DNA of 64,000 nucleotides, taken from NCBI GenBank assembly GCA_964489445.1, contig CAZAYU010000002.1, forward strand, positions 205,020-269,019, given 5' to 3'. The translations under genes and the position numbers were made by a program. The notes beneath the pieces were generated by a model. It did no database searches, had not been told where the DNA came from, and saw only the letters and a list, made by a program, of their open reading frames with translations. This document shows positions 47,710 through 58,017 of the stretch, in pieces (within the stretch, counting starts at the first letter, position 1; every line of letters starts with the position of its first letter). Source of the stretch: an uncultured Planctomycetia bacterium (GTDB taxonomy: Bacteria; Omnitrophota; Gorgyraeia; Duberdicusellales; 4484-171).

Positions 47710-48804
47710 ATGCGTTGTCGAAAAGAGTTAGAAAAAATAAAAGGGTATCAACCGGGTAAGCCTATCGAGGAAGTGAAAAGAATGCTAAAGCTGGATGAAG
47801 TCTACAAGCTTGCTTCAAACGAGATTCCTTTTTCTCCAAGCTATATTCGTAAAGTTGTTACCTCGGAAATAAAGAATATAAATCGTTATCCAGAGTCTGG
47901 AAGCTTTTATTTGAGGAAAGCGTTAGCGTCTAAGCTTAAAGTAAAGGAAGATCAGCTAATTTTTGGCAACGGATCCGATGAGTTGATAACATTAAGCTTG
48001 CGAGCCTTTGTTAATCCTGGCGAAGAAGTAGTAGTTGCTTATCCTACATTTTTAATTTACGAAATGCAAGCAAAAATCCAAGGTGCGAGAATAAGGAGAG
48101 TTCCTTTAAAAAAATGTTGTTACTGCTTAGACGATATGGCTAAAAAGGTTAATAAAAAAACAAAAATAATTTTTATTGCTAACCCCGATAATCCTACGGG
48201 AACATATTTAACGCACAGTGAAGTCAAGGATTTTTTGAAAAAAATTCCCGATACAGTGTTAGTTTTCTTTGATGAAGCGTATTTTGAATTTGCGCCTGAT
48301 GATCGAGCCAGAACATTGGATTTATTAAAGCTGAGAAAAAATATTTTAATAACCCGTACATTTTCTAAAGCATATGGATTAGCCGGGTTACGTATTGGCT
48401 ATGGGGTTGCTAATATACAAATAGCGTTGATTTTGAATAAAATTAGGGAACCTTTCAATATTAATCGCTTTGCTCAAGTAGCGGCTGTTGAGGCTTTAAA
48501 AAATAAACTTTTTTTACAAAAAGTTATCAAGCATGCTGATAAAGAAAAAAAATATTTGTATTGTCAATTAAAAAAGCTGGGAATTTATTTTACGAAAAGT
48601 GCAACTAATTTTATTCTCGTGGATTTTAAAACAGAAACATCATTTCTCTGTGATTATTTGCTAAAGAATGGCATTATTATTCGAGAATTAAAAGGGTGGG
48701 GGCTAACTAACTTTTTTAGAGTAACTGTTGGTTATCATAATGAAAATAAAAAATTTATTAAGCATTTAGAAAGATATCTTGCTCAAAAAGGAGGCAGCCA
48801 ATGA
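47710..48804 (+). CDS. hisC: Histidinol-phosphate aminotransferase
   Basis: KLASNE, GNGSDELI, ANPDNPTG, DEAYFEF, RTFSKAYGLAGLRIGY. Confidence 0.92.
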   Translation: MRCRKELEKIKGYQPGKPIEEVKRMLKLDEVYKLASNEIPFSPSYIRKVVTSEIKNINRYPESGSFYLRKALASKLKVKEDQLIFGNGSDELITLSLRAFVNPGEEVVVAYPTFLIYEMQAKIQGARIRRVPLKKCCYCLDDMAKKVNKKTKIIFIANPDNPTGTYLTHSEVKDFLKKIPDTVLVFFDEAYFEFAPDDRARTLDLLKLRKNILITRTFSKAYGLAGLRIGYGVANIQIALILNKIREPFNINRFAQVAAVEALKNKLFLQKVIKHADKEKKYLYCQLKKLGIYFTKSATNFILVDFKTETSFLCDYLLKNGIIIRELKGWGLTNFFRVTVGYHNENKKFIKHLERYLAQKGGSQ

Positions 48805-49817
48805 TTGTTGTGTTTAAAAAAGAAGCTACTGATAAGCAAATCAATATTCTCATTAAAAGGGTAAAAGAGCTGGGCTTGAAACCAATGGTTTCCAAGGGCT
48901 CTGAGAGAACTATTGTGGGGGTAATCGGCCCAGAAGATATTGTCCGCTTGCATCCTTTGGATGTTTTTGAAGGTGTTGATAATGTGATGCCGGTGTTAGC
49001 ACCGTACAAATTAGTATCTAGGGAATTTAAAAAACAAGGAAGTGTTATTTCTGTAAATAAAAATATAAAAATTGGTACCAAAAAGATAATAGTTATAGCT
49101 GGTCCTTGCTCTATTGAAACAAAAAAGCAATTAAAAGAAATCGCTGTTAAAGTTAAGAAGTCAGGTGCGTCGATTTTAAGAGGTGGCGCTTTTAAACCAA
49201 GGACTTCTCCGTATGCTTTTCAGGGGTTAGGAGAAGAAGGCTTGAAAATACTTAAAGGTGTATCTGAAGATACTGGTTTAGCTACAGTTACAGAAGTTAT
49301 GGATACACGTGATGTTCATCTGGTGGCTAAGTATGCGGATGTTTTTCAAGTAGGTGCGCGCAATATGCAGAATTTTAGTTTGTTAAAGGAAATAGGCCAG
49401 ACAAAAAAACCGGTTATTTTGAAAAGAGGATTAAGCGCTACAATAAAGGAATTATTAATGAGCGCTGAATATATTTTATCCGAAGGTAATTTTAATGTAA
49501 TACTTTGTGAAAGAGGAATACGGACTTTTGAGGATTTTACACGTAATACATTGGATGTTAGTGCTGTTCCGGTTATTAAAATGTTGTCTCATCTTCCGGT
49601 TGTCGTTGATCCGTCGCATGCTGCTGGGAAATGGGGGCTAGTTAATCCTTTAAGCAAAGCGGCAGTGGCTTGTGGCTGTGATGGGCTTTTAGTAGAAGTA
49701 CATTCTAATCCTTGCCGGTCTTTAAGTGATGGATCGCAACAGCTTTTGCCGGAAAATTTTACTCGCCTAATGAAGGAGATAAAAAAAGTGGCGGAGGCTA
49801 TCGGCAGAGATATCTAA
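48801..49817 (+). CDS. aroF: DAHP synthase (type I-beta, N-terminal regulatory domain)
   Basis: IAGPCSIE, RGGAFKPRTSPYAFQGLG, GARNMQNF, LCERGIRTF, DPSHA. Confidence 0.92.
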   Translation: MIVVFKKEATDKQINILIKRVKELGLKPMVSKGSERTIVGVIGPEDIVRLHPLDVFEGVDNVMPVLAPYKLVSREFKKQGSVISVNKNIKIGTKKIIVIAGPCSIETKKQLKEIAVKVKKSGASILRGGAFKPRTSPYAFQGLGEEGLKILKGVSEDTGLATVTEVMDTRDVHLVAKYADVFQVGARNMQNFSLLKEIGQTKKPVILKRGLSATIKELLMSAEYILSEGNFNVILCERGIRTFEDFTRNTLDVSAVPVIKMLSHLPVVVDPSHAAGKWGLVNPLSKAAVACGCDGLLVEVHSNPCRSLSDGSQQLLPENFTRLMKEIKKVAEAIGRDI

Positions 49818-49820
49818 ATT

Positions 49821-50663
49821 ATGGATATTAAAAAAATAAAAACAATCGGCATTCTAGGCGTTGGATTTATGGGGGGGTCTTTGGCTTTGGCTTTAAAAGA
49901 AATGAACCCTTCTTTACATATACGCGGTTATGCTAGAAGTAAAAAATCATACGATAAATTAAGTAAACTAAAAATCCTAGATAGTTTAACAAGTAGCCTA
50001 AAAGAGTTTATTAGAGATCTAGACATTGTTGTGTTAGCTTTACCTGTGGGTGAGATTATTAATTTTTTTAAAAAAATATCTCTTTTCTTAGATAAAAAAA
50101 TTATTATTTGTGATTTAGGTAGCAGCAAGAAGCTCATTGAAATAGCAGCAAATCGTTATCTACCAAAAAAAGTTTCTTTTGTTGGCTGCCATCCTTTATG
50201 CGGAGGAGAAAAAAGTGGAGCAGAGTTTAGCTGTCCGGATCTTTATCGAGGGTCTTTTTGTGTAATTACTTCTTCTCCTCGCAAAAAAGATGTTCAAACA
50301 ATTAAGCTAATCTGGGAGAACCTCGGCGCTCAAGTATTATTTTTTAGTCCAGACTCTCATGATCGGATTTTGTCGGCAATATCACACCTTCCGCATATTA
50401 TCTCTTTCTCCCTTACTAATTATATTCCGAATCAGCATTCAAAATTAGGTTTAGGGAGTTTGAGGGATTTAACCAGGATATCCGAATCTTCTGCTTCGGT
50501 ATGGGCAGATATATTTTTGTCTAACAAAGTAAATATTTTAAATGATTTAGATAAGTTCATAAAAGTTCTAATGCAATTCTCTTTGTTGATAAAACAAAAT
50601 AAAAAAGATCAAATCCTTGATTTAATTACTAGCGCCAATAAAAAGAAAAGGAAAATTACATGA
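49821..50663 (+). CDS. tyrA: Prephenate dehydrogenase
   Basis: GVGFMGGSLA, DLGSSK, GCHPLCGGEKSG, HD...SHLPH, DLTRIS. Confidence 0.9.
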   Translation: MDIKKIKTIGILGVGFMGGSLALALKEMNPSLHIRGYARSKKSYDKLSKLKILDSLTSSLKEFIRDLDIVVLALPVGEIINFFKKISLFLDKKIIICDLGSSKKLIEIAANRYLPKKVSFVGCHPLCGGEKSGAEFSCPDLYRGSFCVITSSPRKKDVQTIKLIWENLGAQVLFFSPDSHDRILSAISHLPHIISFSLTNYIPNQHSKLGLGSLRDLTRISESSASVWADIFLSNKVNILNDLDKFIKVLMQFSLLIKQNKKDQILDLITSANKKKRKIT

Positions 50664-51301
50664 TTGTTGCTATAGATGGCCCTGCTGGTTCTGGAAAGAC
50701 CACAATTGCCCGCATATTATCCGAAAAGATCAACTTTTCTTATTTAAATACCGGGGCTACTTATCGAGCATTAGTATACAAAGCGTTAAACGAAAGCGCA
50801 GATTTATCAAACTCTAACAATCTAGAAGCTTTGGCTAAACATTTAGAAGTCAATATAGTTAAAGATAAAATTTTTCTTGATGGAAATGATATTAGCTTAG
50901 AAATAAGGTCTCCTTATGTTGATAAGAATATATCTTTGGTTGTATCATACCCGGCGGTTCGGAAAATAATGGTTAAACTGCAAAAAAAAATTGCCGAAAA
51001 AGGGGATTATGTTGTTGAGGGTAGAGATATTACTACGGTAGTTTTTCCTGATGCTAAATTTAAATTTTATCTCGATGCTTCTCCACAGATACGGGCGGAG
51101 AGAAGATTTAAAGAGTTACAGGGTAATGGCTTGAGGATATCTTTTGTTGAGGTAAAAGAAGATCTAGAAAAGCGAGATTACGCTGATAAAAACAGAAAAG
51201 TTAGTCCTTTAAAAATTAGTAGTGATGCTTTGTACATTGACACAACGGGTTTGACTATTACTGAGTCAGCAGAAAGAATTATTTCTTGCATTAAAATATA
51301 A
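50660..51301 (+). CDS. cmk: Cytidylate kinase
   Basis: AIDGPAGSGKTT, TGATYRA, VEGRDITTVVFPDA, RD..D..R. Confidence 0.95.
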   Translation: MIVAIDGPAGSGKTTIARILSEKINFSYLNTGATYRALVYKALNESADLSNSNNLEALAKHLEVNIVKDKIFLDGNDISLEIRSPYVDKNISLVVSYPAVRKIMVKLQKKIAEKGDYVVEGRDITTVVFPDAKFKFYLDASPQIRAERRFKELQGNGLRISFVEVKEDLEKRDYADKNRKVSPLKISSDALYIDTTGLTITESAERIISCIKI

Positions 51302-51466
51302 AAAATAACCGCAAAGAATATTTTTAGAGATCTGCTTTCCGATTGGTAATTGCTATTGTCAGGATAATTTTAAAAATATAAATAGAATATAGTATATTTT
51401 ATTATGGCGAGGGTAGGTGTTATTAAATTGCATGTTTGTTAATAGTTGACATTTTAAATTGAGTTT

Positions 51467-53263
51467 ATGGAAAGTAAGAAAAAAATAAGAAATTTTTGCA
51501 TCATTGCACATATTGATCATGGTAAGTCTACCTTGGCCGACCGTTTTTTAGAAATGGGTGGCGTTATGAGTAGAAATAAGAAAGAAACACAGGTTCTTGA
51601 CAATATGGAACTGGAACGAGAAAGAGGAATCACTATTAAAGCAAAGGCGGTAAGACTTAAGCTAAAATACCAGGAAGAAGATTATATTTTAAATCTTATT
51701 GATACTCCTGGGCATGTAGATTTTTCTTATGAGGTAGCGAAATCGTTGAAGGGTTGTGAAGGGGCTATTTTATTAGTAGATGCTTCGCAGGGAGTAGAGG
51801 CTCAGACTGTAGCAAATTTTTATTTAGCGTTAGAGAATGATTTAAAAATTATTCCGGTACTTAATAAAATAGATCTTCCGGGGTCTGATGTACAAAGAAG
51901 TTTAGACCAGCTTTTAGATGTGTTTGGTTTCAGGAAAGAAGAAGTTTCTTTAATATCAGCGAAAGAAGGAAAAGGGATAATTGCTCTTTTTAACAGGGTG
52001 GTAGAAGAGGTTCCTCCTCCTTCTGGTGCAAAGAGTGGCTCTTTAAAAGCAATTTTATTTGATTCTGCATATGATTCCTACAGAGGGGTTATACTTTTTT
52101 TAAGGATTTTTGACGGAGTAATCGTTCTAGGCGATAATATTTTGCTTATGCATCAAAATAGAAATTATCGTGTAGAAGAAATCGGAGTATTCTTGCCTCA
52201 ACCAGAAAAAAAGGAATGTTTAGAATGTGGGGAGGTTGGTTATATTTGCTGCAATATAAAAAATCCCCAAGAAATAGATGTGGGAGACACAATTACCTCA
52301 ATATCTAATCCAACATCTCGACCTTTCGGTAGGTTCTCTAAGATGTCTCCCATGGTGTTTTGCGGAATATTCCCCACGTCTCCCAAGGATTATCCAGCCT
52401 TGAGGCAGGCCATTGAAAAACTAAAATTATCAGATCCATCATTTAGCTACGAACCGGATAACTTAGGAAGTTTAGGCCATGGTTTTCGTTGTGGGTTTTT
52501 AGGGTTACTGCACATGGAAGTTGTCCAAGAACGTTTAGAACGTGAATATGGGCTCAACCTTGTTCTTACGTCACCGAATGTCATGTATCAGATAAAAGAG
52601 AAAGGCAATAGTGACATTAAAAATATTGAGAGTCCTCATCAGTTTCCCGATCCTTCGATAATTGAAGAAAGCTATGAGCCGTTTGTGAGTGCTAGAGTAG
52701 TCTCACCTATTGAAGGGTTGGATCCGTTGTGTGATTTAGCAAAGTCAAGGCGAGGTTTGTTTGTTAAAATGGATTATTTAGGAAAAGACCGATTAAGCAT
52801 TGTTTTTGAACTTCCGTTAGCGGAAATAATTGTTGATTTTTACAATAAGATTAAATCATTGACTAAAGGGTATGCATCTTTTGATTATGAACTTATGGGG
52901 TACCGCAAAGCGGAGATTTCTAAGATTGATATTCTTTTTAATAAAAAGAAAATGGAAGCATTCTCAATACTTGTGAATAAATCAAGAGCTGAGTCAAAAG
53001 CAAGACAGGTTGTAAATAAATTACGAGAATTAATTCCGCGACAAATGTATGAAGTAAATATTCAGGCAGCTATTGGGTCAAAAATATTTGCTTCTGCTAA
53101 AATTTCTGCGCTGAAGAAAAATGTTACTGCTAAATGTTATGGAGGAGATATCACCCGTAAAAGAAAATTATGGGAAAAACAAAAAAAAGGAAAAAAGAAA
53201 ATGAAGCAAATGGGTAATGTGAGCGTTCCCCAGAACGCATTTCTAGAGGTTCTAAGAATGTAA
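51467..53263 (+). CDS. lepA: Translation elongation factor 4
   Basis: IRNFCIIAHIDHGKSTLADR, GFRCGFLGLLHME, KNVTAKCYGGDITRKRKL. Confidence 0.97.
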   Translation: MESKKKIRNFCIIAHIDHGKSTLADRFLEMGGVMSRNKKETQVLDNMELERERGITIKAKAVRLKLKYQEEDYILNLIDTPGHVDFSYEVAKSLKGCEGAILLVDASQGVEAQTVANFYLALENDLKIIPVLNKIDLPGSDVQRSLDQLLDVFGFRKEEVSLISAKEGKGIIALFNRVVEEVPPPSGAKSGSLKAILFDSAYDSYRGVILFLRIFDGVIVLGDNILLMHQNRNYRVEEIGVFLPQPEKKECLECGEVGYICCNIKNPQEIDVGDTITSISNPTSRPFGRFSKMSPMVFCGIFPTSPKDYPALRQAIEKLKLSDPSFSYEPDNLGSLGHGFRCGFLGLLHMEVVQERLEREYGLNLVLTSPNVMYQIKEKGNSDIKNIESPHQFPDPSIIEESYEPFVSARVVSPIEGLDPLCDLAKSRRGLFVKMDYLGKDRLSIVFELPLAEIIVDFYNKIKSLTKGYASFDYELMGYRKAEISKIDILFNKKKMEAFSILVNKSRAESKARQVVNKLRELIPRQMYEVNIQAAIGSKIFASAKISALKKNVTAKCYGGDITRKRKLWEKQKKGKKKMKQMGNVSVPQNAFLEVLRM

Positions 53264-53293
53264 ATATGAAGTAGAATTTAAGGAGTGAAGTAA

Positions 53294-53872
53294 ATGACCG
53301 AACTTAATAAAAAAAGTCAGTTAAGAGAATGGACGGAGGCGATTGTTACGGCAGCTGTCTTAACAATATTTTTAAGGACTTTTTTCTTCCAAATGTATAA
53401 AATACCCACAACGTCAATGGTTCCTACCTTAATGCCTGGTGATAAAATTTTTGTCAGTAAACTTGTTTATGGGCCCAAGATACCGTTTACTAGTCATCGC
53501 ATTCTTGGTTTTGGAAAACCAACAAGAGGAGATGTCGTGGTTTTTATTCCTCCTCATGACCGCAAGAAGGCTTACATTAAGAGGTTAATTGGATTACCAG
53601 GAGATAATTTGATGCTCAAAGAGGGAAATGTTTATATTAACGGAAAAATAATAGTTGATCCAGAGATAGCCAGAAATTTTTATTACTCAAAAGGAGAATA
53701 TGGGCAAGAAAATGAAAGTATTGTAATCCCAGAAAATAAGTATTTTTTCCTTGGTGATAATAGTATATCGTCTTTAGATAGTCGGTTTTGGGGATTTTGC
53801 GAAGAAAAGGATATTGCCGGAAAAGCAATATTTATTTGGTGGCCCCCAAGGCGAATAAGTATGATTGAATAA
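53294..53872 (+). CDS. lepB: Signal peptidase I
   Basis: IPTTSMVPTL..GD, YIKRLIGLPGD, GDN...SLDSRFWG. Confidence 0.94.
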   Translation: MTELNKKSQLREWTEAIVTAAVLTIFLRTFFFQMYKIPTTSMVPTLMPGDKIFVSKLVYGPKIPFTSHRILGFGKPTRGDVVVFIPPHDRKKAYIKRLIGLPGDNLMLKEGNVYINGKIIVDPEIARNFYYSKGEYGQENESIVIPENKYFFLGDNSISSLDSRFWGFCEEKDIAGKAIFIWWPPRRISMIE

Positions 53873-53956
53873 ATATCTTTTATGGTTTATAATCAGTAGT
53901 AGTGGAGGGTATAAGGAGTCTTTATTCAAAGTAATGTTAGAATCAAGGAGAGGGAA

Positions 53957-54274
53957 ATGAAAAAATACTTAATGGTTTCTTTTTTTGTTTTAGTAATTAT
54001 GGGAGGATGCACTACTGTTCAAAAAGGTGCGGGTATAGGTGCAGTGGGTGGTGGAGGATTAGGGGCGATTATCGGTCATCAATCTGGTCATACTGGTGAA
54101 GGGGCCTTAATCGGCGCCGGTGCTGGTGCTTTGGCTGGCGCGCTTATCGGTGATGCGATGGAGCAAAATAAATCTGTAGTAAAGTTTTGTCCGAAATGTG
54201 GTAGACGGTTCAAAGATACTAACATGACTTATTGTCCTTATGATGGGACAGAATTAAGATCAGCTGAAGAATAA
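53957..54274 (+). CDS. Glycine-zipper lipoprotein with a C-terminal zinc-ribbon-like motif
   Basis: Lipobox-like IMGGC; GAGIGAVGGGGLGAIIG...GALIGAGAGALAGALIG; CPKCG...YCPYDG. Confidence 0.75.
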   Translation: MKKYLMVSFFVLVIMGGCTTVQKGAGIGAVGGGGLGAIIGHQSGHTGEGALIGAGAGALAGALIGDAMEQNKSVVKFCPKCGRRFKDTNMTYCPYDGTELRSAEE

Positions 54275-54277
54275 AAT

Positions 54278-54853
54278 ATGCTTAAACAAATTAATGGTAA
54301 AAAGATGAGTTTTGCGGATAAGATTTCTTCTGTAAGGATTATTCTTATTCCGGTGTTTATTTCTTTACTTATTTATGCGCAGGCTAAACCATATTTGCGT
54401 TCTGTTGCTGTAGGAGTATTTATTCTTGCGATACTCAGCGATTTTTTTGATGGTTTGGTTGCAAGGATAAAGCAGGAGAAGTCGGAGTTGGGGCAGATTA
54501 TTGATCCTTTAGCTGATAAACTCTTGATGCTTTCAGCGTTTATATCGCTTTATTTACTTGGTTATAAAATTTATTTATGGGTTGTACTAGTTGTAGTGAG
54601 TAGAGATTTAATTATTCTTTTTGGTGTAGTAATTTTACATTTTTTGAAGATCGAGATCGTCATTGCACCTTCTATATGGGGAAAGCTAACAACTTTTTTT
54701 CAGATGTTTACAATTTTGTGGGTTTTAATCGGTGTTCCCTATCACTTTTTCATTTGTTTTCTGGCTGTAGTGTTTACTTTAATTTCTGGATCTGATTATT
54801 TTTTTAGAGGGGCAAAAGAAATAAATGCTAAAATTAGTACTTCCGATAGCTAG
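54278..54853 (+). CDS. pgsA: CDP-alcohol phosphatidyltransferase (PgsA-like)
   Basis: SDFFDGLVAR...SELGQIIDPLADK; start could be 54305. Confidence 0.82.
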   Translation: MLKQINGKKMSFADKISSVRIILIPVFISLLIYAQAKPYLRSVAVGVFILAILSDFFDGLVARIKQEKSELGQIIDPLADKLLMLSAFISLYLLGYKIYLWVVLVVVSRDLIILFGVVILHFLKIEIVIAPSIWGKLTTFFQMFTILWVLIGVPYHFFICFLAVVFTLISGSDYFFRGAKEINAKISTSDS

Positions 54854-55427
54854 CTACATCTGGGGTAGTGTTCCTTTTGGTTTTTTGATCGCTTATTGGG
54901 TAAAAGGAATAGATATCCGAAGCTTTGGCTCAGGTAATATTGGAGCTACAAACGTTTTTCGTGTGGTTGGTAGAAAATGGGGAATTATTGTTTTTATCCT
55001 TGACTTTTTAAAAGGGCTTATTCCGCCGTTTGTCGCTGCGGCACTCATTCCGGATGTTTCTGGCCGTTTGATTATTATAATCTCGCTATTGTCAGTTTGC
55101 GGACATAATTGGACTTTATTTTTAAAATTTAAAGGAGGTAAAGGTGTAGCAACAAGCTTAGGGGTTATGGTTTCCTTAAGTTTGTTTTTTCAAAATTTAG
55201 GGTTTATTTTGTTGGCGGCGTTAATTACTTGGGTAATAACATTTTTGATTTTTCGTTATGTTTCTTTAGCCTCTATTTTAGCAGGATTTATATTTGTTTT
55301 ATTTTCATTATTATTTTCTCAAGAGCTAGATGTAAAGATTATATCTTCAGTTTTTTTTATATTTATTACTCTAAGGCATAAGAACAATATAAGAAGTCTT
55401 GTGGGTAAAAAAGAGTTACGCTTTTAG
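54825..55427 (+). CDS. plsY: Glycerol-3-phosphate acyltransferase
   Basis: GSVPFG, DIRSFGSGNIGATNVFR, GHNW..FLKFKGGKGVAT, RHKNNI. Confidence 0.95.
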   Translation: MLKLVLPIASYIWGSVPFGFLIAYWVKGIDIRSFGSGNIGATNVFRVVGRKWGIIVFILDFLKGLIPPFVAAALIPDVSGRLIIIISLLSVCGHNWTLFLKFKGGKGVATSLGVMVSLSLFFQNLGFILLAALITWVITFLIFRYVSLASILAGFIFVLFSLLFSQELDVKIISSVFFIFITLRHKNNIRSLVGKKELRF

Positions 55428-55539
55428 CTGGATTTATTTATGGCTAGTTTAAATATTTATCCTTATTGGCATGATCTAACAAAGGAAATTAAAAGTTATG
55501 CAAGTGTTTGTTTTTGTGTAAAGTAAAAAGGAGGCTATT

Positions 55540-56556
55540 ATGATAAATGAAAAAAACACATTAGAAAATAAAAAAAAGGCCTTGGATTTAGCTCTTTCTC
55601 AGATAGAGAAACAATTTGGAAGAGGTGCGATTATGCGTATGGACGGAAGTGTAAAAATGGATGTTGAATCTTTACCTACAGGGATTATTTCATTGGACAA
55701 GGCGACAGGCGTAGGGGGTTTAGCGCGGGGAAGAGTAATCGAGCTTTTTGGTCCGGAATCTTCTGGTAAAACTACTCTAACTCTAAGCATTATTTCTCAA
55801 GCTCAAAATTCAGCTGGAGGAACAGCCGCGTTCATTGATGCTGAACATGCATTTGATCCAGCGTACGCTCGGTTGATGGGCATAAAGTTGGAAGAGTTAT
55901 TAATATCACAGCCGGATACTGGAGAACAAGCTTTAGAAATAGTTGAGGCTTTAGTAAGGTCTAATGCCGTAGATTTAATTGTTATTGATTCTGTTGCGGC
56001 TTTAGTACCTAGGGCAGAAATAGAAGGGCAAATGGGTGACAGCCAAATTGCTCTTCAAGCACGCTTAATGAGTCAAGCTTTGCGTAAATTAACAGCGGCG
56101 ATAAGCAAATCTAAGACATGTGTGGTTTTCATTAATCAAATTCGTGAGAAAATTGGGGTAATGTTTGGCTCTCCAGAAGTTACTCCTGGAGGAAGGGCGC
56201 TAAAATTTTACTCTTCAATGAGAATTGATTTGAGGAGAATTGCGACAATTACTACTCCCCAAGGAGCGGTAGGTATTAAGGTACGCGCTAAGATTGTTAA
56301 GAATAAAGTAGCTTCTCCATTTAAGGAAGCGATTTTTGAAATAATGTACGATGAAGGAGTTTCGCGGTCTGGGGCATTAATTGATGCGGCAATTGAAGAG
56401 GGAGTAATAAAAAAATCCGGCAGTTGGTTTTCGTATAAAGATAAAAATTTAGCACAAGGTAAAGAGCAATTAAGAAAATTAATCAGAGAAGATGATCTTT
56501 TGTGTCAAGAGTTAAAAAAATCTTTAAGCGGTGAAGATGCATCCGGAAAGAAATAA
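55540..56556 (+). CDS. recA: Recombinase RecA
   Basis: [62 protein letters not shown]; no intein. Confidence 0.98.
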   Translation: MINEKNTLENKKKALDLALSQIEKQFGRGAIMRMDGSVKMDVESLPTGIISLDKATGVGGLARGRVIELFGPESSGKTTLTLSIISQAQNSAGGTAAFIDAEHAFDPAYARLMGIKLEELLISQPDTGEQALEIVEALVRSNAVDLIVIDSVAALVPRAEIEGQMGDSQIALQARLMSQALRKLTAAISKSKTCVVFINQIREKIGVMFGSPEVTPGGRALKFYSSMRIDLRRIATITTPQGAVGIKVRAKIVKNKVASPFKEAIFEIMYDEGVSRSGALIDAAIEEGVIKKSGSWFSYKDKNLAQGKEQLRKLIREDDLLCQELKKSLSGEDASGKK

Positions 56557-56592
56557 ATCGGCACATCTTATTTTATTTTTAGGATTTAAAAT

Positions 56593-58002
56593 ATGAAAAA
56601 TATTTTTATACTAAGTTTAATATCTTTGGTTATTTTTCTGCCGGTTAGCGTTGCTGCCCGTAATCTAGAAGAGTCAACGGTTAACATTATAGCTAAGTCA
56701 GCAAAATCTGTAGTCTGTTTAACTGGAGTAGCTACAGAAAAAGTACGGGAGGGGTTTCATTTGAATGTTCCTTTTGATAGCACTGACGAAGATATTTTCC
56801 AAACTTTTTTTAAAGACTACTTTGGGAGAATATCAAGACCAGATAATGCAGGGAGGGTTATTTTAGGAAGCGGAGTGATTGTTGACAAGCAAGGATATAT
56901 CGTTACTAACATTGACGCAGTATCCAGGGGGACAGGCATTAAAGTTCATATTTTTGGCGGAAGAGAATTTAATGCAGAAATTAAGGTTCTTGATAAAGGA
57001 AGTGGCATCGCTGTGATTAAGATAGATACTGGAGAATTGGTGTCTGTAAAAATGGGTGATTCTGATAAGCTTAAAATAGGAGAGTGGGTTGTTGCCCTAG
57101 GTAGTCCCTTGAATGTTTACTCGGATGATTCTGGACCAATAGCTAGCGCAGGGATTGTAAGTGCTCTGCGTCGATATTTGCCTTTTCTAGAAGGACAAGG
57201 AGCTAGCTATGAAGATCTTATCCAAACTGATGCCGAAATTAATCCTGCTAACAGCGGAGGTCCTTTATTTGACTTGAATGGTAATGTTGTAGGGATCAAT
57301 ATTTTGGCTTTAAATCAAAGGAAAGTGTATGGTGGCTTAGGCTTTGCAATCCCGATTAATAAAGCTAAGGGTTTTTTGGATAAACTGATAAAAGGAGAAA
57401 AAGTAGTCTATGGTTGGTTAGGAGTGAATATTCATGATTTAAATGATGAGCTAAGGAATTATTTCGGGATAAAACAAAATGAAGGTGTAATTGTGCTTAA
57501 GGTATACAGGAACTCACCTGCGGAAAAAAGTGGATTTAAAGAGGGAGACTTGATCGTATCTTTTGATAATTCTCCGGTAATCTTAGCAAGAGATTTGATA
57601 AAAGCTGTTTCTTCGACGCAAGTTGGGAAGATTATTCCGTTTAAAATTATTCGTTCAGGAAAAGAATTAATGCTGAATACAGAGATTGGAACAGCATCAG
57701 AAGGAGTGAAGGATTCGGACGAAGAGATACAGATTATGTTTCGTGGCGTGACAGTTGATAATATAAATGATGAGTATAAAAAGAAATTTAATTTGAATAT
57801 AGATGAAGGAATAGTTGTCGTAAGCGTTGAGAAGGAGCTACTAATTGAAAAAAATAGTCTTAGGCCAGGAGATGTTATATATGAAGTAGAGAATAGGAAA
57901 ATTACCAGCAAAGACGAGTTTAGGGAGATTATTCTCAAAGCAAAAAAGAATTATTTATTAAAGACTAGCCAAGGGTATGTAGTTCTTAAAAATTCTGATT
58001 AA
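56593..58002 (+). CDS. HtrA/DegP-family protein (trypsin-like domain plus two PDZ domains) with a degenerate catalytic triad
   Basis: Signal peptide; LGSGVIVD..GYIVTN, GDSDKLKIGEWVVALGSP, IQTDAEINPANSGGPL, GWLGV; His and Asp positions substituted. Confidence 0.85.
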   Translation: MKNIFILSLISLVIFLPVSVAARNLEESTVNIIAKSAKSVVCLTGVATEKVREGFHLNVPFDSTDEDIFQTFFKDYFGRISRPDNAGRVILGSGVIVDKQGYIVTNIDAVSRGTGIKVHIFGGREFNAEIKVLDKGSGIAVIKIDTGELVSVKMGDSDKLKIGEWVVALGSPLNVYSDDSGPIASAGIVSALRRYLPFLEGQGASYEDLIQTDAEINPANSGGPLFDLNGNVVGINILALNQRKVYGGLGFAIPINKAKGFLDKLIKGEKVVYGWLGVNIHDLNDELRNYFGIKQNEGVIVLKVYRNSPAEKSGFKEGDLIVSFDNSPVILARDLIKAVSSTQVGKIIPFKIIRSGKELMLNTEIGTASEGVKDSDEEIQIMFRGVTVDNINDEYKKKFNLNIDEGIVVVSVEKELLIEKNSLRPGDVIYEVENRKITSKDEFREIILKAKKNYLLKTSQGYVVLKNSD

Positions 58003-58017
58003 TCTTAACTTTATTTA

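Noticed and set aside
55428-55539. LexA/SOS box upstream of recA
   Set aside because: No palindrome matching the LexA motifs I know (CTGT-N8-ACAG, GAAC-N4-GTTC, TGTTC-N4-GAACA)
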